From the human T2T-CHM13v2.0 reference genome, Homo sapiens: a stretch of 64,000 nt of DNA. Both the position numbers and the translations under genes were made by a program. The notes below the pieces were generated by a model. It was not told the DNA's origin, ran no database searches, and was given only the letters and a program-made list of their open reading frames with translations. The stretch is taken from NCBI RefSeq assembly GCF_009914755.1, contig NC_060935.1, one strand, 5' to 3'. Of the stretch, positions 1-13,384 are shown piece by piece (the stretch's first letter is position 1; every line of letters starts with the position of its first letter).

Positions 1-984
1 ACCTCTCTTTATAATGTACTGACTTCTTTATGTAAATAGATTTGGAAGTTTTTCTTGTTTCCATATTTGGCTAAGCTTGTAAGCACAGCACAGGGTATGA
101 ACAGACCTTAATGTTCCTAGATACCTCAGAAAAAGTTGAACCCATTTACTTCAAAAGAATCAGGAATCTTTTAGTATCATTGGACTCATTATAAGAGTAT
201 ACCATATGCCAGACAATGCTTTTTATTTCCGAATGGCCGTATTTTGTTTCAAAATGCTTACTACCATTCTATGTCAAAAATTCCAGATTTAATATCTTGG
301 ATCTGTTCATTTAATTAAATCACTCTCTAAATCAGTTTATGTTTTCTCAACCCTTTTAGTAGTGTCATGTTAACAGGGGAACTTTAGGAGATAGGATTTA
401 CTTTTCTAGATACCTATTAAAATGTTTTATTACAAGAGAAAAATATGCAATACTACAAAAGAAAACTAACTTATCTGTTTTGAAAATGCCATGCCTGATT
501 AGTAGACAATTATTAAAGCTAATTACAGGGTTCCTGTAAGTTACTTTAGAGGATGGGGAAGAATTAAGTTTTTTAATTATAACCACAATGGTGGACAAGC
601 AGAGATCATTGTTTAAAAAGAAAAAAAAACACATTGATTTGTTTGTGCTCCTTCTTTGTAATTGTAGTGGGGTTTGAGGAGAGGGAATTTGCTGTTGCCC
701 CATCCTTGGACACCTGCCTCTCAACAAAGGATCTTGGTCACCCCCCACTGCCCACATTTAGATTCACCTTTTACTTGTGTGTACCACGTCTGCTCATTAT
801 ACAGTTCTCCAGGGATCCAATTTTCCCAAGTTAATCACCCCTAGCCTTTTTCAGAAATTGTTAGATTACCATCCTTTCAAAGAATATACACTTTCTTGAA
901 TTTCTTCTTTCTCCTTTTATTTTCTTATTTCTATTTAAAAATGTAGCCACTTAAGAGTCTCAACACACTACCTTTAAAACTTTA

Positions 985-1510
<526 letters not shown>

Positions 1511-3214
1511 AGATACTGGTTTTTTGAAACCAGAATCCCTACAGGAACCTGGACTGTTTGTGCCCATGGTACTGAATAATCAGGTCAACATACAGATGTT
1601 TAGACAGCCACAGAATATGAAAATGTTTTAATATAATCCTTGTAACTCTGACCTTGGGCAAGGTACTAACCATTTTTGTGTATTCTCTTTTCATATTTAC
1701 CATGAGATATGGTCTAACTAAGCTAATTTTTCAACCAAGAAATAGGTGGCTACTCTAAAGTTCCTCTGCATAGGGATGAAGAAAAGATAGTAATAAAACT
1801 GAAAAAGCCACTTTTTTGAGTAAGTAGAATAATAGAAAGGGTTGCACATGAAATAGTAACTATGTGAGAAGAACAATAGCTTCCCAGTAGATTGGCAGTT
1901 GTATTTGCAAGTCAGTTCTAATTTATTATTTTTAAATAAAAAATGGCATCATGGATATATATGAATGGGTTGTCTTTTTGTACAATTAGTATATTACAGG
2001 TGTTCAAGATAGATTAGATTAAGAAAGCTGATTCATCTTGTCATTATTTCTCTTGTCTGATTTGCTTTGATTGATTTCAAAATTTCTTAAAATGTCTATA
2101 AGATACCCTGGAATACAGGTGACTTTGTTAGAAATTTATTACACCTGTTTTTACCCTAAATAGGATTTGTTAAATGCCAATTATTACCCCCATTCCTCAC
2201 ATCTGAAACAGTGTTTAATCTCCCAATTCTAGCAAACAACCCTGGTCCTTCTGAGTAAGAAATTAAAATGTGATTAAGATTTTTGTCCCCACTCATGAAA
2301 ATTTTAGAAGAATTTTTTAAAAATAGGAGTATCTGAAGAGCATATAGCCTATTGTACTTTACATAGAATGTGGAAATTAACTTGTTTTGTTCAGAAATTA
2401 CTTAGCATACAGATAGATTCTGCATAAGCTATCCAGTAGACATACAGAGATGGAGGAACTATCTCTGACCACTAGGCAAAATCCTTATCTTTGGATTTTA
2501 GGGACAGTCTAATAGACTACTGGTACCCAGTAAATATGAAGTGGTATAATATCTGACATACTTTAATAGAAAACCATGGTGAGTTCACAATATTGTATAA
2601 TCTTTTTATCTATTTTAAAATTATGTAACTCACTAATAAATTTTGAACAGGCAGTTACTAAATATAATTAAATTGAGGGCATTCATGTCACAGAACAAAG
2701 GGAAGCATTCTCAGCAAGTGAACAAGAGACTAGTGAGACAGCTAAAGAAAATTTTATTGGGGTGGGGAGTGGATTTTAGTAGAGTTTTTTTTTGTTTTTT
2801 TCTTTTTTCTTCTTTTTTTTATTCTAGAAGAACAATACAAGCATACAGGAAATATAACCTGCCTTTTAAAACAAAGACAAATGCTTCCCATCTTTGATTG
2901 CCATCTTTGACCCAAAGAACACTTGTTTTAAGCAAGAGAGTAGATGCTCCTGTTACAAAGCTTAGGTGGAATTCCAGGCTTCCTTGGACCTTCCATCTGC
3001 AGCAAAAACTTTGGACCAGGAAACAGCAATGGAACATCAACACAATACATTTGTGTTGTGGGGTTATTGAAATACTGAAATAAGTATTCTTTTAAGTTAC
3101 TTAATCTCTTGCAAACAATCAAATGTAAAATGATTAATAGGCTTTTACATTTGGATAGAGCATTATTTTTTAAAGCACTTTTAGTCTGATCTCATTTGAT
3201 ATGGAGAACAGCTT

Positions 3215-3605
3215 TCTATTAGTCTGCCTCAGCTGCCATAACAAAATACCATAGACTAGGTGGCATAAACAAAATGTATTTCTTACAGTTCTGGAGGCTA
3301 ACAAGTCCAAGATCAAGGTGCTGGTTGACTCGGTTTCTGATGAGGGCTCTTTTCCTGGCTTGCAGACAGCCTCCTTCTTGCTGTGCCTTCATATGCTCCT
3401 TCCTTTATGTGTGGGTGCGTGTGGAAAGAGATCACTCTCTAATCCCTTCCCTTTAAGGCCACCAGTCCTATTGGATTAGAACCCCACTTTTATGACTCCA
3501 TTTAACGTTAATTACCTCCTAAAAGCCCTATGTCCAAGAACAGTCAAATTATGGGTTAGGGCTTCAACATATTAATTTGAGGGGGACACAATTCGGTCAA
3601 CAGCA
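3215..3605 (-). mobile_element. MLT1-type (ERVL-MaLR) solo LTR inserted into a MIR
   Basis: tattagtc...ccataacaaaataccatagact...cagttctggaggct...gggggacacaattc; MIR-like sequence on both sides. Confidence 0.85.
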
Positions 3606-4110
3606 ACCCTCCTGAAGCAGATAAGAAGAGATAACTGCTGTTTTAGAGATGAACAAACCAATACACCTAATGTTAGAAAGTTAGTAAAATATTATAACTA
3701 AGGTTCAGATAGTTATTTTTATCTAAGTCCACACTGCTTTCTTAGCTAGTTTATCTGACAAAAGACAAACAAACAAACAAAAAACATTTCCCTACTGCTT
3801 ACAAAATAGAAGTCACTAGTTGACTGCAAAGAATCATCAAAATTAACTTCATGCCTTTCCATGTTGCATGATTGTGAAAAACGGGATTGATTTTGACTTA
3901 AAATTTATAAGAAATGTTATGTTCTAGATTTTTCAGTCAGCTAAAGTCAGGTTACTTTAACACTGCTGTCAAAAATACTAGTCTAAGTTTTTAAGTGATA
4001 GGTAAGTTAGAATTGTAGTGGCCAGGCTGGCGTTGCCTTTTTAGCATTCTTCAAGGTTACAATTAAAGTATCATGTTTTACAATTAAGTGTCATGTTTTA
4101 TGTTTTACAG

Positions 4111-4179
4111 AAGATGATCTAAGAAATGTAGGACCAGTAGATGCTCAAGTATATCTTGAAGAAATGTCTTGGAATGAAG
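4111..4179 (+). CDS. DNAJC24: DNAJC24 penultimate coding exon (69 nt, phase 1-1): (E)DDLRNVGPVDAQVYLEEMSWNE(G)
   Basis: Acceptor tgttttacag|AAGATG and donor GAAG|gttgga. The translation matches the remembered human DNAJC24 sequence and joins in frame to the exon at 8095. Confidence 0.96.
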
Positions 4180-5667
4180 GTTGGATTTTTTTTTTCTCTT
4201 GACAACATTTAAAAAAAAAAGGAATTTTCTATAAGAAAAAAAAACTCATTGGATATTTGGAAATCTTAAAAAGAAATAATAGTGTGGCTTTCTATATATA
4301 TGTGGTAAGTGTTTCTGTCTGGAGTATTTCTGCTTAATTCTAAACTTTATTTATTGACTGATGTCCCCCTATATGACTCATTTCCAGTTATTTTTATATT
4401 CTAATTAGATGTTAGGAACATAAAGTTTCATAAGAGTTTTTTTGTTGTGTTTTTTTACTTTAGTTTTTGCATTACTGTCTATGTAGTATTGTAGTATGGT
4501 AAATAATGTCAAACAAGATAGTTTTTTTTTTCCGTTCCTTTTAATGTTGACAAGATGAATTCCTATTAGAATTTTTATTTTCCCTTTATATAAAATCATA
4601 AACTGTCAGGACAGGGCTTTTAAGAGGCTTGATTTTTTTTTTTTTTTTTTTAACGCTCACATACTGATTGTCTTATAAGAAGAAAAGAATATCTGCCATT
4701 TCCCTTGATGCAACATGAAGTCATGTCTTTTTTGCTTTTCTGTTATTAAAATTTTAGAACTTAAATTCAATGTCGTTTCCCTATTCTTCTGATGGTTCCT
4801 TGAATTGTTCTGGTTAGACATCATTACATTGGGAAACACACTTTACTAAACAGAAGCCATGAGTACCATACTTACTTGTTTCTCTGGGCAAATGAAGAAA
4901 ATCTTACTATTTCCTAGAATCTTTATATATGCTTAACCTTTTAACCTTATTGTTCAGCATGAGTACAAATTCCCTCCAGGTTTATAAAAATCTACTAATG
5001 AGTGTGGATAGGTAGAAGACAAAAACAGAGCCATCTGAAACCAAATTTACTTTTTAAATGGCAAATTCTTAACTTAGTGCCCCTAAGACGTGGGTCACAA
5101 GCCTAACTTAGAAAGGGAATCATGTCTTTGCCTCTGGGGCCATTCTGTCCCCAACCCCTCAAGTGAAATCCTAGAGTAGAAATTCAGTGAATAATTGGAA
5201 AAGTTGAGGTTTTGTGTAACTGGGGCTCTTGGTGGTGACAGTCTCATCAGAGTAAACACGAAGAAATACTGTGAAAACAATACACTAGTGATACAGATTT
5301 TCACTGCTGGTGTGTGGAAGGGACACTCTAGAATATGTCATTTATCAGGAAGACTTGCCCAGTTAAAAAAAATATATGCACATATGTATATATACACACA
5401 TATACTTTTTATTTTTTGCCAAATACACAAACTTCAAGGAGACTAAATATGTTTTGAAAATATAGTTTGTCTCCTTATCTATTGGTATGTATATGTATGT
5501 TTGTATGTGTTTAATGTCTTAATAAATTAGTTCTTGCTATAGTCGATATGGGTAATATATTTTGTTTATGACTGTGAAAATAGTGAAAACTGGTTTTTAT
5601 AAATTTTTTTTTACCTTTTAAATATATAACAATATAATGTTAAGATCTTAATTTTAAATGAGAATAC

Positions 5668-5845
5668 GGGCTGGAAGCCTGGAATCCCAGCACTTTGGGA
5701 GGCTGAGTTTGGAGAATCGCAGAGGTCAGGAGTTTGAGACCAGCCTGGGCAACATAGGAAGACTGTGAGAACAGATTGTGAGAATAGGAAAAAAAAAAAA
5801 AATTTAAAAAAAAAACAAGCATAGCAAGACCACATCTCTACAAGA
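5668..5845 (+). mobile_element. FLAM/Alu left monomer interrupted by a short poly(A)-tailed insertion
   Basis: atcccagcactttgggaggctgag...gaccagcctgggcaacatag, resuming as catagcaagaccacatctctac. Confidence 0.8.
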
Positions 5846-7306
5846 AAGATTAGAAGTATATTATATATATATTTTTAAAAAGAAAAGGAAGAAACAATAT
5901 GGCTTAAGCATCTGTCCAGTCAATAAATACATGGACTTTCTGATACAAATGAAAATGCTAACATATGGAAGGAAATATACAACAAAAAATCATCAAGCGT
6001 TATCATCAATGTATTATTGCCCCTGGAACTCCCTAAAGTAAATTTGACAGTAAAGAAGATATAGAAGAATCCCATCCATAGCCAATACAGTTAATCTTAA
6101 AAGTATAGGATGCCCTTAGACGCTTAGGTTTTCATAACTAAAGATGGAAATAATTCTTATCTTAATGAGAGAAAATACTGAGCAAGAGCTACATGAAACC
6201 ATTATTCTTGTAGAAATACTTAAAAACGAATCATGGAAGTTTTGAGCTAAATTTTTTTTCCAATTAAAAAGAGCAATTTTGGCAGATGAAATTAAATAAA
6301 AAGTGTGATCAACTAGGAAAGGAAAAATTTGTTTGAAGATCCCTTTAGGATCATTTGCAGAATAGCTATGGAAAGTGAAGCTCCAGAACAGGAGAAAAGT
6401 TCATGAAACCCTACAGGATAGACATAGCCAAATTGTTGGTTGCCTGATCAAAGGGCAGTATGAAATGATGCATTTTATTATGCTTAAAAGGCATATGTGA
6501 GTTGTTCAGATATTGAAGCTAATCTTTGCCCTTACAGTTAGTCTGTTATATGCCTTGGTCATTTTGTTGGCCTTCATTCAGAGTATTTAAAATGATGATT
6601 TCTGTAAAAGTTATCACCTGGTTAAAAGATTGATGGTATAATAATATAAGCAGAACTTTTACAAGATGTGAATTTTTAGTGAGCATTAACATTTGGAGTC
6701 ATCTATGACAAAACTCCACAGTAGCCCATGGTGTCCTCTGTGTCATTTACCAAGAACATGTCAACTCAAATTGTTTTTCAGGGTTCACTGAGGTAGTAGA
6801 AAAACAAGGGGGTAGGGGGAGATTTAGCTTAGGAAAATCAATGGTTAGAATATGTATCTTTTTAGACAATTTAATAATAAAAAAATTCATTTTCAGAACA
6901 TGCTGTAGTACATAGATGTTGGCTTAGACAGGGAAGATGTTTGCATTTGGAATTCAAGATTAAATTATTTTTCTGTATGGAGAGCAAAGGCATTGTGGTA
7001 AAGAATAAAAAGCTGGATTAGGTGAATGAATTCATTTTCCTTACTGATTAAAAAAAAAAAAAACACATAAAGTTAGCTTATTTAATTGCCAGTTTTTCCA
7101 AGGCTGAACTTGATAAGAGAGCAGGTACAAGGCAGTGGAATTTTTCTTTTTTAAACTACATATGATGCGATCTAAGTATTAATCAAATTTGATAATGGAA
7201 TGAAGATATTTGTATGAAATCATGAGTCCTTTGAGACTTATTTATGTAATAATCAATTATAATGGTGGTAAAATAATGTGACTGATAAGTTATTTTCCTT
7301 TGACAG

Positions 7307-7326
7307 TTACTTCTCAGAGACAGTAA
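7307..7326 (+). CDS. Candidate alternative DNAJC24 exon giving ...WNEVTSQRQ*
   Basis: Branch-like gactgat, tract ttattttcctttgacag, in-frame TAA at 7324-7326. Confidence 0.4.
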
Positions 7327-8094
7327 AATGGAATGACCAATGGATCAGAGATTCTTTAAGTCAAAGGGCACAAGCATTTCAACTTCCCAGGAAAATGACA
7401 CACTTAAAATTTCCACGATCAGGAGCCTAAGTATTGCACCGTATTGCCTCCTTTGGGCATCTCACTTCAGCATCTTGTTGGTTCATGTATCATTTGTAAA
7501 CATCAAACACACACACACATACCCCCATAGGATTTAAAAAAACAACAACAACATGGTGTTGTGTTTATAGACTTAAGTCAAGATTCTTGAAATAGTGTGA
7601 CACTAGAAGAGAAAGTATCCAGATGTTGCATTTGATAAATAGTCTGGCTTTCTCTAAAGGATAGACTTCAGGCAAAAGCATCATCCTCCCTAACAGTGAG
7701 ACAGGTAGGGCTGTTTTTCTTTTCCTTCACTGTAATATTTTAGACAAATACATTGTTGAAAAGAATGTAAAATTTATATGAATTTTAAGAAAACATAAAA
7801 CTTCAAATAAGTTTCATGGGTTACTTCTGAGCATGCCCTCTCCTCCCAAAATCCTTGGACTTTTAATTCATAGCTTCAACCCATCTCCTCTACAGAGAAA
7901 GATTCTTTGGTAGATAATTTTTAGAAACACTGCCCCTTTCAAGAAATCCAGTTCTCCTTTAAATACATTTTATCTTTACTGAGCTTCTTTGTTTTGTTTT
8001 ACAATTCCTATGGAATAAACTCTGCACCTTTTAAGGGTATTAGTGAGGTAGTTACTTACAAGTCTTTGAAAGATTATTTTGTTTTCTTTTGCAG

Positions 8095-8225
8095 GTGATC
8101 ACTCTTTTTATCTGAGTTGCAGATGTGGTGGAAAATACAGTGTTTCCAAGGATGAAGCGGAAGAAGTTAGCCTGATTTCTTGTGATACATGTTCACTAAT
8201 TATAGAACTCCTTCATTATAACTAA
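8095..8225 (+). CDS. DNAJC24: DNAJC24 last coding exon: (G)DHSFYLSCRCGGKYSVSKDEAEEVSLISCDTCSLIIELLHYN*, the CSL/DPH-type metal-binding finger
   Basis: Strong acceptor ttttcttttgcag|GT; CRCG...CDTCSL motif; TAA at 8223-8225. Confidence 0.97.
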
Positions 8226-8724
8226 AATTGTTCACAACTTGAAATGCTTTAACTGTGGTATTGAGACATGATGAGAAGCCGTTGAGCTTTGTCCATTCAA
8301 GGAAATGGATTATTTGTCAGCCCGATTATTTGCAAAGAAAATATACAATTATCAAGCAGAGACCACCTCAGATTAATAGAGAATGAATATAATTATTTAT
8401 TTGTATTTATAATTTATATTTACAAGTTGTCACAAAAATAGATTTGATTATATTTGGTGAATTCCCATCTGAGAACTTTATTATGTCATTTTTTTCCATG
8501 ACACAAAATAAGAATTTTCTTAATATGAGCATGTCTCCTCTTTTCAGTGGGTAACAGTATCATCATATTCCTTTATAGTTACTAAGTTTCTGGTCTAACC
8601 GATAACGTTTCTAGTTGCTAAAGTTATGGGGCTGTTGTACACCTAGAATCTTTGTGAATAATGTGAGGCCAGTTCTTCCATAAGGAAGGCTGGTTATGGA
8701 TATTCATAAGGTTATTTCAAAGTT

Positions 8725-8730
8725 AATAAA
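8725..8730 (+). terminator. Candidate proximal poly(A) signal of DNAJC24
   Basis: AATAAA about 500 nt after the stop codon, upstream of the UTR Alus. Confidence 0.5.
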
Positions 8731-8852
8731 GACAAAGTGGCAACTGTAGAAAGTGTTGCCTCCAATCTTGGTCCGTATTTCCAAAGCTTGTAAACACTGC
8801 CATCTTCAAATTTAAATGTAATTTAGGAAATGGAAGCTTTTAATTTTAATTT

Positions 8853-9667
<815 letters not shown>

Positions 9668-10238
9668 GATATAGTATTAATGCCTGTATTTATGAAGACA
9701 GGGCCATTGCACTGCTGCTATGCTGAAATGAACTTTTATAAAGTATTATTGACTATAGCCAACTACAGATGGCATATGCCTTAAAGATGCATTTTTCTAT
9801 GTATTTAATATTTTGTGTACAGTAAAAGTCAGAACTCATTTAAAGAACTTTAAGGGATCCTTTAGAAACATTTTTACTTAATTTCAAATGAGTGGGCTGA
9901 GCATGTAGACTAGCAGCTTTTTATCAAACCTGGCATTGTCAGGTTGAACTTATAAATACGAATAGTTACTACTCTGACTTGTAAATGTAGCTGCTGAAGT
10001 ATGAGGTATATTTAAGAAGAATAGATTAGTTTCATTATACCTATAAGAACAAGAATTCAAAAGTGAGGTAGTCATCCAGGTTCCCCCTCCCACAATATTT
10101 TTGTATCATAAAATTTAGATGACTTTTTTGGGTTACATTTTTATCCATATATTTTGAACTAACAGAACTTGGCAGAATGTGTGTTGAATATTCTTTACAT
10201 TTAACAATTAAAAACAACTAAAACTGAATAGCAAATAG

Positions 10239-10244
10239 TTTATT
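10239..10244 (-). terminator. IMMP1L poly(A) signal
   Basis: AATAAA on the minus strand 80 nt after the stop codon, followed by ttcagttttagttgtttt (GU-rich downstream element). Confidence 0.8.
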
Positions 10245-10323
10245 GGTAAGTACACGGTTTCAACGGGAGTAATAAATTCACATGAAAAGGAGACAATAAT
10301 CAAGTCAAAAGAATAAATGCTTA

Positions 10324-10392
10324 CTAATCATCAGAAAATCTGTGGCCATTAGGGCTGGCACGTAAAAATCCAAAATCACTCAGAGGCCAAAT
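10324..10392 (-). CDS. IMMP1L: IMMP1L last coding exon: IWPLSDFGFLRASPNGHRFSDD* (TAG followed by TAA)
   Basis: Acceptor tttacag|ATTTGG; 69 nt; completes a 501-nt CDS (166 aa). Confidence 0.97.
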   Translation of the reverse strand: MWPLSDFGFLRASPNGHRFSDD

Positions 10393-10639
10393 CTGTAAAA
10401 TCAAAATGAGGTTGAAGACAATTAGTGAAAGTAATGTTATAGTATCATCATATTCCCTTTTGCTATCTGTCCCTTTTCTCTATGCCAGATAAACACTTTC
10501 TCCTTACTCATCAATCAAGAATAAAATTTTCTACATCAAAGTAAGACTTGAGAAAATAAACTTATGTGTATATATGTTTAAACTCCAAAGTTTGGGACAT
10601 TCAAACAATGTACATGAAATTATATGTGTGTGGTGTGTG

Positions 10640-10645
10640 AATAAA
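10640..10645 (+). terminator. Candidate distal poly(A) signal of DNAJC24
   Basis: AATAAA followed after about 15 nt by a GU/U-rich downstream element. Confidence 0.6.
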
Positions 10646-11283
10646 TATGTATGAATATATGGTCTGTGTTTTCTTTTACTACTTGCAAGTAAGAGTTAAC
10701 TGTGTACTTTCAACCAAAGGGGCTTAGGTTTAAGTACTTGAATATGGCATCTGTTTTAAATGTAAAGAATCCTGTAAATTATCCAACAGCTCCATGTATT
10801 CATGAATGTTTTTCTCCTCACTGATTGTGATAAAAAGGAGGGGCCAGTGAAAACAATCTTCCCTAATAATCATACATTCACAATAAGTCTGTGACTCACA
10901 GTACTCAACTGGGGTATCCCTACTTTACAGGTAGTTTGAATCTAGACTGTTCTTCTGCACATGCTTATTAAAATATGCCCTGGGCAGGATGTGAACATGG
11001 TTTTAAGAGTTGTACAAGAGAGAACTGAACTTTTGGAAATTCAAATTAAAGTTTTCTTAGGCTATAGCTAAGGTAGTTTGGATTTTATTATTATCTCTAT
11101 GGGAGCAGGGGCAATGGGGGAATAGGTTTGCATATGGCTATTAAGTTAAGGCCAACAGGTTCAAAAAATATATTCGGTGCAACAGTTAAGTACACTGACA
11201 GCTTGAAGATTTCAGAGATCATTTTGAGAGAAACTTTTTCTAGCTCAGAAAGTAAACCTTACATTTTAAGCAGAAAATGGTAC

Positions 11284-11394
11284 CTTAAAGAAGATTCGTC
11301 CTCTTATTAGTCCATATGGAATAGGTCCATAGCACCTGGAATCTGTAGAATTCTGTAGATTGTCACCTTCTAACCAAACATGACCCATTGGCAC
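11284..11394 (-). CDS. IMMP1L: IMMP1L coding exon 4: [37 protein letters not shown] (S26 peptidase box E)
   Basis: Acceptor ttctag|GTG and donor AAG|gtacca; 111 nt, phase 0-0; GDN..NS.DSR.YG motif. Confidence 0.98.
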
Positions 11395-13295
11395 CTAGAA
11401 TTAGAGAAGAAATGCAGCCTCTTAAAGATAAAACCTAATTTGGGTACTATAATTAAAAAGCATGTCATTCAGAGGTAGGGAGAAATGTCCTAAGGCTCTC
11501 TTTTATAGAATAGATACAAATCCTAATATTGCATTTTTGCTTTTATTTCTTGCACAATAACTTTTACTAAATATCAAAGGTTTCAACTTTTTTAAAAACC
11601 TATCATCTTTTTTTGTCATATGGTTCCCAAATATTAATTTGTTATACAAACCCCAAACTGAGGTTATAAGAGATCAAAATAGTGTGACAGGGTCATTAAT
11701 TTAATAGACTTCAAAAGAGGTCATTAGGATGCTGACTGAAAATGCGCCCTTGTGTCTCAATAACAGTATAAGCAGGGCAGCCACTCACTCAGCAACATCC
11801 TGGGGCCAATACCAAAGCCAAACCTATTAGAATGCTCATGATGAACTAAATGGTAATTGATTGTGACATCAATTACAAATAAACTCATCATTTTATTGGA
11901 GTAGGCTTGTCAGAATTCTAATTAACATCCCTGTTCTGCCTTTGTACAGGCCATATCTTCAATGCATTATACTTCAATAATGACCATGAAGAACCAGAAG
12001 GACCTATTATAAAATCATCAGTTGTAAAATTAATGATGGTGACCTTCTCCTAAATGAAAAGACTATCTCCTATAATGTTCTATGTATAAACTGGTAAATA
12101 ACAAGATTTTTACTCAGTGACAATCATAAGCATATTTAGAACAGAATACATTGTTTTTTTTAAGCCACCTGCAATATGAGACATTTGCCTATTTCTGTTC
12201 AATGTAAACTAAAAAACTTACTTTCCAGCAACAATCTTTAAAATTGCTTTTTAAAAGTTTTTATTTTACAGTTTTGTTATCTAAGACAGTTGAATTATTG
12301 ACCAGACCAAAATGATCTATGTATGGGGAAGGAATTTATTTTCACTATTCTTTTGACTGGTTTTACTTGTAAACCTTTTATGAAGAAAAATACACTACTG
12401 GGTTTAATAAGAGATAATGCAACTTTTTTTTTTAATCACAAATTACTTTCTTGAAAAGTAAATGTATACAAGAATGTAAAATTTGAATTTCACTTACGTA
12501 AGCGATTTTAAGATTCTGGAAAGTCTTATGTACAAATATTTGCCAAAAATCTCCAAATTAACTCTGCGTTTAGATACATTTAAACATTAAATCTATTTGT
12601 AGAAAAAGGACATAAGTTTACTGAAAGAATATCAGAAACTGTATGATCATTCACTTTTATTACTGGAACTAGTTTGTCCAAGGGCCAATAGCAAGGCCAC
12701 TTCCTTGCTATCTAATAAAATAGACATATGTGCAGTGAAGTGTAAGACTGCTCTAGTAGGAAAGTGTGTACATCACAGTCATCAAAAAAGGAACAAAATA
12801 ATGAATTTGGAAAAGCCATATGTAATTAACATTCTGAAGTGTTATTTGATAAAGCTATAAGGTGAACATCTTTCGTGTCTAAATTTCCATAGTTTCTTCC
12901 TAAAATGTGTTTTTTCCTGAGTTCTAAAAACAGGTAATATATATGAATAAATAAAACCATGTAGTTATGGACACCAGTAAAAGTAAAATTAAAACATTAT
13001 GCAAACTAATAAGGCAACTATCAACAATCTAGGGATATCTTTGTCTGACCATCCCATTGAACCAGGATCAGTGGTTTCTACATTCCATCTCTTCATGAAG
13101 CTTTCCCTAAACTTGCCTGCCCTTACCAACCTGATTGTTTCCAATACTTAACACACAAAGTCAGCCTTGCTTGGGGCCCTACATTATAACCTTTAATATT
13201 ATTTTTAACCTGCTTGGCTTTTCTGTCAGTTTTTACTATTTTATACCAGAATAAACCAACAGGCAGTAATGCCATGATTTGACTTTTATTGCATT

Positions 13296-13379
13296 TTAGT
13301 TTGGTGCAAAAATAACTGCGGTTTTTGCCGCAAAATACATTTAATGGCAAAAACCACAATTACTTTTGCACCAATCTAA
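13296..13379. mobile_element. MADE1 MITE (Hsmar1-derived palindrome)
   Basis: ttagtttggtgcaaaaataactgcggtttttgcc...ggcaaaaaccacaattacttttgcaccaatctaa, followed by TA. Confidence 0.93.
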
Positions 13380-13384
13380 TAGAT

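Noticed and set aside
6789-6800. let-7 gene (TGAGGTAGTAGA)
   Set aside because: Only 12 nt match, with no complementary arm or hairpin.
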